In this document: positions 1 through 14,550 of the stretch, piece by piece | How the letters are laid out: each line of letters begins with the position of its first letter | Numbering within the stretch: the stretch's first letter is position 1 | Assembly (NCBI RefSeq): GCF_009914755.1 | Contig: NC_060936.1 | Direction: 5' to 3' (one strand) | From: the human T2T-CHM13v2.0 reference genome, Homo sapiens | DNA length: 64,000 nt | Position numbers and translations under genes: made by a program | Notes under the pieces: generated by a model | Seen by the model: the letters and a program-made list of their open reading frames with translations, nothing else | Databases searched by the model: none | What the model was told of the DNA's origin: nothing

Positions 1-94
1 GGATGAGCATTGGCAAATGCAAATCATAGCTATTAATATTAAATTATAGGTATTAAGTTCTTACTTGCTCCCTGGTACCATGATAAACACGTGT

Positions 95-260
95 ATGTTT
101 TATTTCACTTAATCAATGGAAATACCCTATGAAGTAAGTAACATAATTATCCCCGTTTTACTGATAAAGACTGAGGCTTAGAAAGGTTAAACATTGTGCC
201 AATATCATCTAGCTGTTCAACTAGAACTGAAATGAATAAAAGTCTACAACTCACATTCTT
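95..260 (-). mobile_element. MIR SINE fragment
   Basis: MIR core-like text: ...ccctatgaagtaag...attatccccgttttactgataaagactgaggcttagaaaggttaa... Confidence 0.6.
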
Positions 261-2403
261 AACTGTTTAGATTTTCAGCATTTTGAAATTTGATGTGCTT
301 TCACTTGCATCTCTTCTTTGTTTCCCCATCAATATCAATTCCATTTGTTTCATTATCATCCTATGTTTCCTTTCTTTTATTTTTGTTTCTGAATCTAGAT
401 TTGGTGCTTTTCTCCACAGGTACTTTGAGCTTAGCACAGACGGCATCCTCTATGTTTCATGGCACTTTCCCCTCATTGCTGTCACTGTCCTCTCTCCCAG
501 ATTCACAATACTGAGCTCTGATAATATTTCCAACATTTCTTACTTGCCTTTCAGTGTCTGTGAATGGAATACTGCTATGTGAGTCTGAGGTTTGTACTGG
601 AGGTTTTATGGGTTTCTTGTTATTGCTAGATGAATACTGTAGGTTATTACTATTACTGTAGGTTAATGTTTCTTTATCCTGTTCTTTCAATATCTTCCTA
701 GTATGATGGAGAGAGAGGTTGAAAAATCAATAGAATTAGAATTGAAAAGAGACCATGACAAGATGAAAATTGGATAGAAACAAATTGAATGATTTTTTTT
801 CCAAGTTGAAGTTCAAGATTAGAGTAAAGAGGTGTCTCCAGCTTCTCTCAGAAAATAAAAGGTGGGGAATGTCTCACATGTATCTATCACATGCCCTTTT
901 CTCACTTTGGTTGCCTACTATGGAATCCTCCACTTCATTCTGAACAAATTCTCCTCTCAAAATGTTTCCTTATGTGTTCACAGCAGGGACCAAGCTGTTT
1001 GTAGTAGTATTTCCTACTGCCTCCCTTGATGAAGACCGCACCTCTTTATATGAAAGTGGGGAGAGGAGGTATCTATATTTTATCCCCTCACTTATTAAAT
1101 AAAGCCCACTACACTATTCCCTACTATATTTTTTAAATTAAACCTGGATTCCTGATTTAAAATTTCAATTCCTCCTATAATGCCTCCAAAACACCCAGAT
1201 CTTCTGATCTTTTGATTCTCACTGATTATGCCTTTGTTCCTTCACTACAGACTCATAAAGTCCTGTCCTGCTATCAGTTTTCAAGTCATCCCTATGGAAG
1301 TTCAAAATTTTTTCTAGAGGTCATCCTAATCATTTCACCTTTCTATCTGTATTTTCATTATTCATTTTATGAAGACAATTTTCTTCTAAAGCTAGATCCT
1401 CTAATTGTACCCTTCATTTTATATTTACCTAATTCCTGAGCAATCTTGCTCCCATAAGAATGTTGTCGTTTTCCAAACCTATTTTATTTCCCCTCAAAGG
1501 GAAGGAAGGACAGAGGTGTCTTGGTCTAGAATTGTACCTGCAGAGATGGTGAGAAATAGCCAGATTTAGGTCATTATGCCAATCATTGTTGAGAAGTTCT
1601 TACAGAATTTGCGTTCTATTTCTTAAAAGAAATAATGGCTAAAAGGTTGCATTAGAATATAATATGAAACTTTACTCGAAATAATATAATGTCATTAGTG
1701 AAGAGGAAGTTAAGGAAGAGACCACAGTCTTCAAGTAATGGAAACATTTATTTAACATTTACTGCATATTTTTTCATGCAATAAGTATTTATTAATTGCT
1801 AGGTACTCTGCTAGATATTAAAGATTCTCTTGAGCATACAATAAACAATATCTCCTTAAGTTTACATACCAGCTTAGAAGAAGGATAATTAATCAGTTTA
1901 TTACAAGGAAGTGTGATGAGTGACCAGATTGGGAAATTACAGAGAAATATGCAAATTTATAGTAGGGCATTCCATCTAGTCAAGAAGGAAATAACATTTC
2001 ATCAGAGACCCTAAGAATAAATAAGAGTTAATCCTATCATAATATTAAGGAGAGAAAGTTGAAAAAAACTGTCCCTGACCTCTAAGAACTTACAACACAG
2101 GAATCTATATGCTTTCTGAAAGATCTTGCTAGAAATAGTTCAAATAAACTAGGGAAGAATTTTTAAAACAATAGCTGCCAATTTTGCTCTTAACATTTTC
2201 CAGAGATTTGTAAAAAAAAAAAAAAAAAAAACACCTGTGACCAATCACCATTTTAAACCTCCTGAATTAAAATTTCTGGGAGTAGATCCTGGGAATCTGC
2301 ATTTTATAAGCTCCCTGGGTGTTTCATATATATATGAATAATTAGGAAACTTTGCCTAAAATATAAACATAGGTTTTCTTAAGAACCATCTGTGGGTGTT
2401 TTA

Positions 2404-2712
<309 letters not shown>

Positions 2713-4399
2713 TCATCTGTGGTGTATTATATCTGCATACTCTCAGGCTGTACCTGAGAACCTGGAATTTGTAGCGGTAAGAGGTCCAGACTCTATTTTT
2801 GGGAATCAGCACAGTCAGTGCTGGTTGAGGAGTAGACAGACCACACATGGTAACTGAGAACTCTGAAGTTTCACCACCATATTATCTATTACAGAAGACA
2901 ACTGTGGACTAGACACTGATTTAAGTTTTAGAGGCAGATTGGATCCAATCACCTGGATGATATCTTACTTTTTGACCATACATAGCACAAACCATCTCTT
3001 ACTCAAGCATAATTGAGCAGGTACTATTCTGGTATACAAAAGGCAAACACTTCTTTGTTCACAAAAATGTAAGTATATGTAGAGATTTCAATAAGTAAGG
3101 AGAGAATCACTTTTCCAATTCTATTATTTGTTATTGTGGTGCTTCTGGGATCTATGTGGTCACGTCACCATTATATAGCTCTTCCTTTCAAAAAGAGCTG
3201 AAGGGAAAATTTATTATAATATTTCCTGGTTCCTTGTGAAGTGTGTAGGCAAAAACAGCCAGCTGTCTACAAACAAGTGTTCAATGCTTCTGAAAACAGG
3301 AGAGTGCACCCTGTCGCTGCTCCCTGTGCCTCTTTCCGGACTGCCACTGCTTTGTAGTCAGAATGGCATTTTCCTTCTGTGGTTTCTCATTATGCTTTAT
3401 GATGAGGTAATGTCCTTAATGTGGCTTGCTGTGCTTTCTGGGACGTACCCCAGCCCACCTCCAGATGCATCCACCCTCTTTCTTTGCTTCATTAACTGTG
3501 CCATGCTCCTTTCTACTACAAGGCCCCTCCTCCCATGCAGTCCCTTCTACCTGGAGGTCTGTGCCACCTCTGCTTGCTTCCACACCAGCCTAGCTAACAC
3601 TCGTCTTTCACATGTGAGCTCAGGAGTCACTTACCAAAGAAGCCTACCTTGATTCCCCATCAAGGTCAGTTATTAAACACTATTTCTATCTTGTAGAGTG
3701 CACTTCTCTGTTTGTTTTTGTATTCTCTTTCATGAGTTTATTTGCTTAATATCACCTTAACTAGACTGAATGCAGGGATTGTGTGTTGGTGTGTGTGTGT
3801 GTGTTTACCATATTGCCTAAGCATAGTAGGTATTTCATAAGTATTTGTTGAAGAAGTGAATGAGGGTTTAAAACACTTTGAGAGCATCAGGTCTATGATT
3901 TCAGTTCACTGAGTGGGTTCATCAAATAATTGTTCAATATTTGCTATGTACTGAGTCCAGTAATGGGCACCAGGAACTCCAAGAGGGATTAACTGTTTAT
4001 AAACTGTAACTACAACTTGCACACTGAATTTTAGCCAACTCTCTTACAAGTAGATGCTGTTGGAGCACCCATTTGTATAAGCGGTAGCCCTTTCTCACTA
4101 ACTCATCTCCCCATCTTCTCTGCAAGCATCTGAAGCATATTTCACTATATTTCCTGCGTTTTTTCCTCTATAACACCTAGGAGGTCTTAATAAAAATATC
4201 CAATCCAGTCCAGTTATAGAAAACAAAGCAAAAACATCAGATAGGTTCTTCATTTACTATATAAAGCCACTTTTATTCTAGATAGTTATAGAATGTAAAG
4301 GCTAAGAGAAAACATTAGAAGGGTAAGCTTATGAAGGTTTTCTTCATGTAAGACCAAGATTCTATCATTATGTCCATTTTGTTAGAAAATAAGCCTTCA

Positions 4400-4770
<371 letters not shown>

Positions 4771-4971
4771 TCAAATATTTTCATCAGTAACAAGTCTCAT
4801 AGTTAGTACAATTTATTTTTTCTGAAATTTAACCTGAAACCTATGTTCAGATATGATTCCCAGTCTTTTCAAATACTTTATACTATTTAGAATAATGTTT
4901 AGAATTCTTCCCTTTAACCATTCCATATCATGCCTATTTTAGTGCAAATATTTCTTCTCTTTGAAAATGCA

Positions 4972-5790
4972 TTCTCAAAAGAAGACATTTATGCAGCCAA
5001 AATCACATGAAAAAATGCTCACCATCACTGGCCATCAGAGAAATGCAAATCAAAACCACAATGAGATACCATCTCACACCAGTTAGAATGGCAATCATTA
5101 AAAAGTCAGGAAACAACAGGTGCTGGAGAGGATGTGGAGAAATAGGAACACTTTTACACTGTTGGTGGGACTGTATACTAGTTCAACCATGTGGAAGTCA
5201 GTGTGGCGATTCCTCAGGGATCTAGAACTAGAAATACCATTTGACCCAGCCATCCTATTACTGGGTATATACCCAAAGGACTATAAATCATGCTGCTATA
5301 AAGACACATGCACACGTATGTTTATTGCGGCACTATTCACAATAGCAAAGACTTGGAACCAACCCAAATATCCAACAATGATAGACTGGATTAAGAAAAT
5401 GTGGCACATATACACCATGGAATACTATGCAGCCATAAAAAATGATGAGTTCATGTCCTTTGTAGGGACATGGATGAAATTGGAAATCATCATTCTCAGT
5501 AAACTATCGCAAGGATAAAAAACCAAACACCGCATGTTCTCACTCATAGGTGGGAATTGAACAATGAGAACACATGGACACAGGAAGGGGAACATCACAC
5601 TCTGGGGACTGTTGTAGGGTGGGGGGAGAGGGGAGGGATAGCATTAGGAGATATACCTAATGCTAAATGATGAGTTAATGGGTGCAGCACACCAGCATGG
5701 CACATGTATACATATGTAACTAACCTGCACATTGTGCACATGTACCCTAAAACTTAAAGTATAATAATAATAAAATAAAAAATAAAAAAA
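4972..5790 (+). mobile_element. 5'-truncated L1 (L1PA3/PA4-like): ORF2 C-terminus, 3' UTR, A tail
   Basis: ORFs 5007-5225 and 5120-5518 translate to the ORF2p C-terminus (split by a frameshift); 13-bp TSD GAAAATGCATTCT at 4963-4975 and 5791-5803; TT/GAAA endonuclease-type site. Confidence 0.95.
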
Positions 5791-7799
5791 GAAAATGCAT
5801 TCTAAAACTTTGATATTAAATGTAAGTTAAAAGTTTCAAAGCTAAACTTGCACTCTAATATAAGCTTATGCTGCATAGACTGGACTCCAATTTAAATATG
5901 TTTGTAATATTGTCCTTTTGTTTTAAGTAATAATAAGTAACCAACTTTTTTATTTGTTTTTCCTATTTTTATAGGTGTGCACATCAATTTATACCATATA
6001 TTATCTCTTTGACAATTTGTTTTATCTGATTCATATTGTTGATGTCTGTATCACTTACTACTTTGCTAATGATTTAAACTAGAAGAATCAGAGCCTAAAT
6101 AGCCAGAAAAATAAAAGTTTATGCATTAAACATATTCATATAAAAAAGATATGCAGCCAGAATATTTCGGTCTAATGGACCGAAGTAAATATAATCGCTC
6201 CCTATTTGCTTAAACGAATCCAAAATACCTAGTTGTCAAAACAGTTCTGAAGTTCAAATGAAAGCAATTTGTTTAAAGGCTTATGTGAAAGACACAGTAA
6301 TACTCTTATGCCATCATGTTTATCCTTTATATCAATAAACTTCCATGTACATACCTATTTAATGTATTCTGCTAGTGTTTATTTTTGCCAAGCTAGGTAG
6401 GCCAGGATTATCTACACTTCTTATAAATGAAAAATCTGAGGTAAGGGGAGGTTAAATGACTTTGCCAAGGTTGCACAGTGAGTCCACAGCAGATCTAAGA
6501 TGAAAACAAAGTGTAATGAGCCATGGTGCCTCCCTTCCTGGAAAATAATTTATCAAGCACTTATCCCAAATCAAGATTAATAAGGTCAGATGATAACTTT
6601 TCCTTCACTGAAACACATTCAGCTAATACAACTGAGATCTGTTTAAGTTACCATTTCTAAATTTTGTGTGTAATGAATCGCAAAGAGAAAGACAGTTAAA
6701 AACAGAAGTTCTTTCTGTTCTCTAATAATATCAAAGGTTTCACATCTTTTCACTATCACAGCATCTGTGTGAGGTAGGACATGTATAGTGAATTTATCAC
6801 ACCTATCTCCAGATAAAAGCTCAAAAGAAAAATAGGTCTATGGCTCTTCAATGCTCTGATATCATACGTGTTTCTAGAATTAAGGCTGTGTCTAGTGTGT
6901 TTCCATAAGCATTATGCTTTCCTTTGGAGTCACATGGTTCCTGTTTAAACAGCTGTCCTCAGTGCAACTGCTTTCATACTGGTTGTAATTATACTTCAAA
7001 TGAAAAACATTGTTGCATTGTTATTTATAAATTGGGGAGGGAGAGCAACTTAAACTACATAGAGGTTAGTTTTTCAGATCTGGAATCAGTTAAATTATTT
7101 ACTAAGGGCGCCAGTGTCAGAAAGATTATCCTCTGGTATATTTATACATTTAAAGGGGAAAAACTCAATTACAAAATCCCTGAGCATTAAATGGGTAGCA
7201 ATGCTTACTGCAACTTAATTTGAAATGGATTTTTAAAACTGGTGGAAGTTGTTACTAATGATGTCATGGAGGAGGCATGGTGATTAAGTTAATGTTCAGT
7301 ATATGCCCAGGATTTAAATATCTGCATTTGGTCTCCCATTCAGTTTGTAACAGTTTAATAAATAACTACCAACAAGGTATAAATTTGGGAAAATTGTTAT
7401 TTTTTATTTGAAATGTAGTGTAGTTTGATGGATGAAGGCCACCATAAATCCACTCCACTATGTACTAACTATGATGATTTTGGGCATTTTAAGAGGCAAA
7501 GCATTGGTCTGTTTAATTATCTGCTCCTAGATATGGACAAGGGGCTTATTGTGTTTACACAAATTTTCTTACATCCATCACTTATTGACCTATTAGAAAT
7601 CCCTGGTGGGAATGGAGAAAAATATAGTGACTCCCTAATATTCCACAAGATTTCCAAAGGTGGCTTTAAAAAACAACCTCAAGTCAGCTACCTGAGAACT
7701 GGGAAGTTCTCTGCTTTATGATAGGTAGATATTCACTTTAAGAAAAATATGACTTCAGATCAGGAGACAAGAATATTAGAAATAATTGTAGTACATTCA

Positions 7800-8560
7800 T
7801 TTTATACTTACTTGTATTAGGCATTTATTTTATATCAAGCATTATGCTAAGTGTTAAGAATAGCAAAATAATTAATCATAGTCTTTGTCTTCAGTGAGCT
7901 GTCTAATAAAATAACCAAGCATGTAAGCAAATAACCACAATGTAATGGTAGAGTCTCTAATTGAGACACATAGATCAACAAAGAAAAATTAACTAGGATA
8001 GTTCAAAAATATAACAGAGATGTTACTGAAGAGATAATTGTTCAATGATTTTTCAAAGTATTTTATTTACCAACAAACTGATAGATGAGGAGGGGGTTGT
8101 GAGCAATGTGTGTGATACAAAATTAGGAAATCTAAAAGGGCATGACACATTGTGGGGAGGGGACTTCAACCTAGCCAGAACATGTAAGAGTTGGGAGCCA
8201 ATGTTGGAGGAAGAGGTTGGAAATATAAAAAGAGGTTAGGCTGATAAAGGTCCTGCATGCTCTGCTAAGTAATTTCAGGAAGCAGCTGTTGAAGATTTTT
8301 GACCAGAAAATTGACATGATTAGATTGTACTTTGATAAAATGTCTCTGTCAACGAGGAAATAAATAGATAGAAAGAGTAACACAAGTCATATAAAGCTAG
8401 CAGCCAAGAGTTTAGTATAGAAGTCATGGCATGGTCCAGGCCAAAGGTGAAGAGGTCAGTAGGGATGGTTTAAAAAGACTGGTTTGAAATAAAATTGTTT
8501 ATTTTGGTTAGAAGAGTAGTGTGGCATGGATGGCAATGGATAATGAGGACAAAGAAGGAC
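7800..8560 (-). mobile_element. Degraded L2 LINE (approximate bounds)
   Basis: L2 3'-end-like text (ttatatcaagcattatgctaagtg...gtctttgtcttcagtgagct) followed by purine-rich L2-like sequence. Confidence 0.4.
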
Positions 8561-8612
8561 ATGAAGAGCAGATCTAGGTTTAGGGCAAAAGACAATTTTT
8601 CTTAAAAATTGT

Positions 8613-9053
8613 GCACTGTTCACAATAGCAAAGACTTGGAACCAACCCAAATGTCCAACAATGATAGACTGGATTAAGAAAATGTGGCACATATACACCA
8701 TGGAATACTATGCAGCCATAAAAAATGATGAGTTCATGTCCTTTGTAGGGACATGGATGAAGCTGGAAACCATCATTCTCAGCAAACTATCGCAAGGACA
8801 AAAAACCAAACACCACATGTTCTCACTCATAGGTGGGAATTGAACAATGAGAACACATGGACACAGGAAGGGGAACATCACACACCAGGGACGGTTGTGG
8901 GGTAGGGGAGGGGGGAGGGATAGCATTAGGAGATATACCTAATGCTAAACACGAGTTAATGGGTGCAGCACACCAACATGGCACATGTATACATATGTAA
9001 CAAACCTGCACGTTGTGCACATGTACCCTAAAACTTAAAGTATAATAATAATA
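8613..9053 (+). mobile_element. 5'-truncated L1 (L1PA5-like) 3' end
   Basis: ORF 8661-8843 = ORF2p C-terminus ...FSLIGGN; L1 3' UTR; 9-bp TSD AAAAATTGT at 8604-8612 and 9054-9062; TT/AAAA site. Confidence 0.93.
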
Positions 9054-12000
9054 AAAAATTGTATATTTATTAAAGTCTTTCCTCTTATATAAAACAAATT
9101 CTAAGTGAAAACCAAGTACCAAGAAAGGAAAGAGCTGCTAGAAGTGGATTTCCCTTGGTTGGATGGGCCAAACCTAAGTCCTATAAAGGCCTAAAGAAAA
9201 ACATTTGCCACTTGAGGGTGGAGACTTTCTAGAGTTGGGCAGCAAGACATTCCTGGAAGAAAAGTTGCTCCTTATGGGTATCATTATTTACCTTCAGTAA
9301 GCATAAAGACTGGGTTCTTTGAGAGTTAAAGAGTTTCCTTCTAATAATTTGGGAAAGACATGTTAATCTCAGTTCCGTGAATTAGTAGTTATAAAATTTT
9401 GTATGAATCAGTTGGATTCTCTCTGAAACTCAGTTGTATTATGCTTAAAATGGGAGAATAATATCTGCCTCATAATTATTTCTAAAATTAAATGAAATAG
9501 TATAAGTAAGGTGTTTTGTATTCTGCTCAGCACATACGTAATTTGTAAATGATAGCTATTCGTCAAATTCCTATTGAAAGTAGTACATGTGTCCATTAAA
9601 TTAAGGGTTGCCAAACCTCAATTTTATATTTCTTTATATCTTGTTTCTCTCCTTTATTCAATCAACAAGCAGTTTTTGAAGTGTTGTCCTGTATCAAGGG
9701 GTCACAGATTTGCTGGTTATGGTCTGACAATCTAATGGAGAGAGAGAAGTATTGTCAAATAAAGACAGTAAAATGTGATTTCGCAGTCTATAAATATATA
9801 CAAATAATATTTCATTCATGAGTATTCTTTTAATGTCCTTCTTAAAATAACTTAATTTGGGGATTTGTCTTTAAAACTCTCGCAAAAATTTGAAGCCAAA
9901 TTAAGTTACTCATGAGATAACTAGTTTGAATTACCATCAACATTCCAGGGTTATACTGCAAAACCTATAGATGATATAACTACATAAACCAATCTACACA
10001 TTGATAATATCATAATGATAGTAATCATAATGAAGTTAAAAGTTAATGCAAACATTATATTTCAGAGTGCCTACCTACCACAGTTGCTATCTGTATAGAT
10101 GTAATTATCAAGGATAATCAACATGAGAGACATTTTATTTATGATTCATCTGCCTGGTTGGTACTATGTTGGTTACTTTTAACTTCGATGGGAAAAATGA
10201 CATTGGACTGGGAGGAGTTAGAAGTGAAGAAACGACCTACAGCATTTATTTATTTATTTATTTTACTAAACTCCTTTCATGTCAGAGAAACATAAAACTG
10301 CTGATTAGAGAAACCAGGAGTAAAATTTGTCAGTGAAACAAAACAAATTCTAATCAATTCTTGTTACAGTACTAAAATGCTTTCATTTTCATAACCCATT
10401 TAACAAGTAGATGTTTCCTGTGATGCAAAAATACATTTTTTTTCCTTTTCACACCTCTACAAATTGCTTTTGTGTGATACACTGCACCACAGGACACTTA
10501 TCCAAAGAGCTAATGTAAAAACCTCATTTTGAGAAACAAAAGTAGTGTCAATTTATATGTCAAGAGAATGAATACTGCATTCCAAGTTGATACAGGATCT
10601 GACATTTCAAATCCAACATAAATTATTTGGAAGACTCCTGTCTTTTTCCCTGATCTCTGTATTAACAGCTTTTGTGACCTTGAATGCAAATGAAGTACAA
10701 TACTAAGGATGTTCTTCATCAGTATGAATTAGAAGTTTTTTAATGTATGTTTCTGTGATCATCAGCTTATTTTCCAACATTTATTTTTTATCTCCCTAAA
10801 TCAGTTTAACCAGCAGCATGTTGCGAATGTGACTCATGTCATCTGTGCCTGTGGTTAACATTATGTTGCTGCAACAAGTCCACCTGACAGATTTTTTGAG
10901 CCTAGGAAGTTGTCCATTTCAATTAACAGGATGCCCAGGACATTTCCCTGGCAGAATAATAAAAGCTCACACTGGTTCTCCTCCTCTCTGAAAAAGAAGA
11001 AAATATTATGTACTATTACCATAAAGTCAACTTTCTATTTTTGTTTGAAAGCACAGTCTTAGCAGGAAACCAATATAAACAACAACAAAAAAAGTATGTG
11101 CTGAAACTTAGAGAAGTGTGATTTCTTTATTCTCTGCATTATAGTATATGCACCAGGCATTCCTTTCTTAATTCTGTCTCTCCTGTGGAAAATAGATGGA
11201 TACATCCATGAGTTTATATTGCTGCTATTGCCTGCTGTTCCCTGTCCATAGCAATAGGTCTGGGTTTTCTGTGCTCTGGAAAGAAAGCACTTTGAAGAAA
11301 ATGCATCATTCTAATGTTTAAATAGCATTTACTCTATGAACTCTTTGAAGAAACCTGTGGTGTTTAATTCCTAGACCATTGCTAAGCAAGGCTACCTAAT
11401 GGGTGGTAAAGTAAAAACACAGTGTGATGATGACTCCAAAGGGCTTCAAGAAGAATTTATGCAGCTTCTCAATAATACTTTAATGAGATAGGAAACTGAC
11501 ATTTTCTCTTAGTCAACGTTGGTGCTAAACTTTTAACAAAATTGCATTGTAAGCCATAACTCTTTTAGTCCAACTCAATTTCTCTCTGTTCTATTCTTGA
11601 TAAATATTTTTAATTTTCATGTAAACCTACATCAGAAAAGAGGCCAAAAAAAGAAAACCAAACTGAAGCAAAGCTCCATTCAGCTATAAAAACATCCTTG
11701 CAAATGTATGCAGGCACTCCTTAGATATACCATTTTGTATGGTTGAGCTTCACAAACTCATCTCTGCAGCAGGCTGCACATTTGGCTAGGAGACAACTGA
11801 GTTATAAAATTGGTTTTGGACTGTTGAGAAAAGAAATGGAGCTAAAGCATAGAGATTCTATCATGAGCCTAGTAAAATAGGAACCATTTCTTTTAGTAAA
11901 TTTTTCCTCTAATATTGGTTTATTGTCTTTCATAAGGGGCCTGATCATTATCAAGCTGCCTCACCCTGTTTCTCCATGCACAGTGATCCTCAATTAAAAT

Positions 12001-12898
12001 TGTGCATATATAGATAGTGAGGAGATGAGCCTAAAATACTGAAAATATCTCCTTTCTTAAAAAAATCAATTATTACTGAAAATAGTATCATAGCATCGTA
12101 CAATTGATAAATTATAGCATTATGAAAAATAATTATAAAAAAAGAACCATAGCATCATACAATTTGAGAACTGAAAGGATGATCAGTTAACCCCTCCAAA
12201 AATTATTTTAAAGATGAAAATTGCTGTGCACAAATGTTGATTTGCACCAAATCAGAAAGCTAGCTAGTATTGGAAGAATAGAAGTTTAGAAAATATATAA
12301 TGCCCAAACCTAGGCTTTTTAAGAAAATAATTTAGTGTAATTCTTTTTATTTGATTTTTCAAAGAATTGAATTCTAAGCAGAAAATTTAACTCACTCATT
12401 AACATTTTTATTCTGTTGCCAAAATAAAATTATTTTTTATATTTGTACGCCCCCTTTTTTTTGAAAGCATCTTCAAATCTATTATTTTTGTCTTCATAGC
12501 CATTCTGTAAGTTAGCTATAAAAATTTCTGATTTACTTTTTTCCCACTGAGGACAGTGTAAAACAGAGATAAACTACAACATTTCTAAGTTCACAAATCA
12601 ATGTCACTACAGACATTGACTATATAATTATGAGTGCCAATGAATTTGCGGAAGAAAAAAAAAAGAGGAAACTTACTTTCACTGAATACAAAGTTATTTG
12701 TGCTGAAAACTATTGAGAGAAGTTTTATATTTATTAGGTAATTATCTGTGGAGAGCCATTATCTCAATTTCCCAAACAACAGACTGAGTCTCTTAGATAG
12801 GGTAAATAATTCAACTGAGGCTTTAAAACTGCTTGGAGACAAAGGTGGGATTCAAACTCAGTATTGTTACTCCAAAACAACTACATGGTCTGCTACGT

Positions 12899-13367
12899 CA
12901 GTGGCTCTCAAAGTATGATCTGGGTACCTGTAGACCCCAAGACGTTTTTAAAGAAGATTCTAGGATTAAAACTATTTTCATTATAATACCATTTAAAATC
13001 TCATTCTCTAACAATTGTACACTGGAGTTTTCTAGAGGTTACCTCCAGCTGCTTGACTGAAGAAGCAGAGTCCATCTGTTTTCTCTTAAATCAAACATTT
13101 AATAAGATTTGCAGATACAAAAAATAATGTCATGCTTCTTATTATTTGTTTTGTTTTGGAAAATTGTTTTAAATATATTAATTATGTTACATGTTAGAGG
13201 TTTATTGTTTATTTTAAAATAAATTAATTATATTTTTATTTTTTACTTTTAATATCTAGTAGGTTATATGTCTGTAGATGCAGCTCACACACATAAAACC
13301 TCTCATGCATCCTTAATTTTTAAGAGTATAAAGGAGTTCTGATACAAAAAACATTTTGAGAACTGTG
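12899..13367 (+). mobile_element. hAT-Charlie non-autonomous DNA transposon (MER119-like)
   Basis: Starts CAGTGGCTCTCAAAGT, ends TTTGAGAACTGTG (Charlie-type TIRs); interior resembles MER119 from memory. Confidence 0.6.
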
Positions 13368-14159
13368 CTAAATTAAGCTTCTTTACTGAGTAAAATTGGA
13401 AGCTACAATATACAGCAAAACAACCCAGGATCTAGCTTTCGAAAGACAAGCAAATCTCTGTGTACCTTAGTTTTAGTGCTAGAAATAACCTTTAGATAAA
13501 ATCTTGCTTCCATGCCGGTTTTTTATTTAACTTATCCTAGAAATAAATCAGTAATTATTGTTCTTTGCTTGGAGGTCATGAGTTATGAATTGTCACTGTA
13601 ACCAGGTATTTAAATCAGACTCTTTTGACTTAGTTTGAGCAAAGGTCTAAAAAGCCAAAAAGGAAAAGATGGGTGATAAAACTTGCACGTTCCAATGTGA
13701 GGGGCTAGAGTCTCCACAGGGCTTTCAAAGACAACTTTAAAAATTGGTTTGACAATGCTGCTTCTACCTGAATATAAAAGAGTTGAAGTAGGAAAAGCCA
13801 GGTTTTTGGAAATTAAATAATTTATTTGATTATGGCTGTCATTGTGCTCTGAATCTTCATAGAGGAGGGAAGAAGAAAGCTTCTGTCTCCCACAAAACCT
13901 GAGGGGTGGGGCTTTAGAGAGACCATCTGGAGATCCTCATCTGTAACACATGACATTTCTGGGGCTCCACAGAGGATGTCTGACCCACAGCAGGAAAAGT
14001 CAAAGGTGGGGATATTGTGACTGACTCAGCCCTCAAATGGAGGAGCATGCATTGGGAGCTTCATTGAGAGCAATCTGTGCTTACAGAGACTGAGAGCCAA
14101 GAATGATGTTTCCTCTGGGACCAGATATTGAGAAACCAGCCTGTAGTCGTTGTTTTTAG

Positions 14160-14550
14160 TAACTTTTTATTTTTTATTATATATAACTGACAATAATACA
14201 TTCATTATTATTACATAATTATATTGCATTATTTCATGCCTACAGACGTTACAAGACAAGCACAAAAATCCCCATATACTCTTTACCAAGCTTCATCAAT
14301 TGTTTCTGTTATCTCATTTGCTTTATTATTCCATCTCTCTCTCTCTCTTTCTCTCTCTCTCCATGCACATTCATCACACATCCACTTTTGTTTTCTGAAC
14401 TATTCACCTATAGGTTAGAGACATCATACCTCTTTACTCCTAAACACTTAAGTATGTACTTCCTAAGAATAAGCACATTTTCTTATATAACCACAGTACA
14501 GTGGTCAACATCAGGAAATTTCACATTGATGCAATAGGATTACCTAACAC
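14160..14550 (-). mobile_element. Ancient L1 (L1MC-like) 3' fragment
   Basis: T-rich start, then ...ctttactcctaaacacttaagtatgtacttcctaagaataag...ataaccacagtaca...aggaaatttcacattgat, typical of L1MC4/5 reverse strand. Confidence 0.5.

Noticed and set aside
2212-2231. Orphan poly(A) run (also ~19911-19925)
   Set aside because: No attached retrocopy body or convincing TSD seen.
3236-3652. 138-aa ORF
   Set aside because: Non-ATG start, no recognisable domain or exon structure; overlaps degraded repeat-like sequence.
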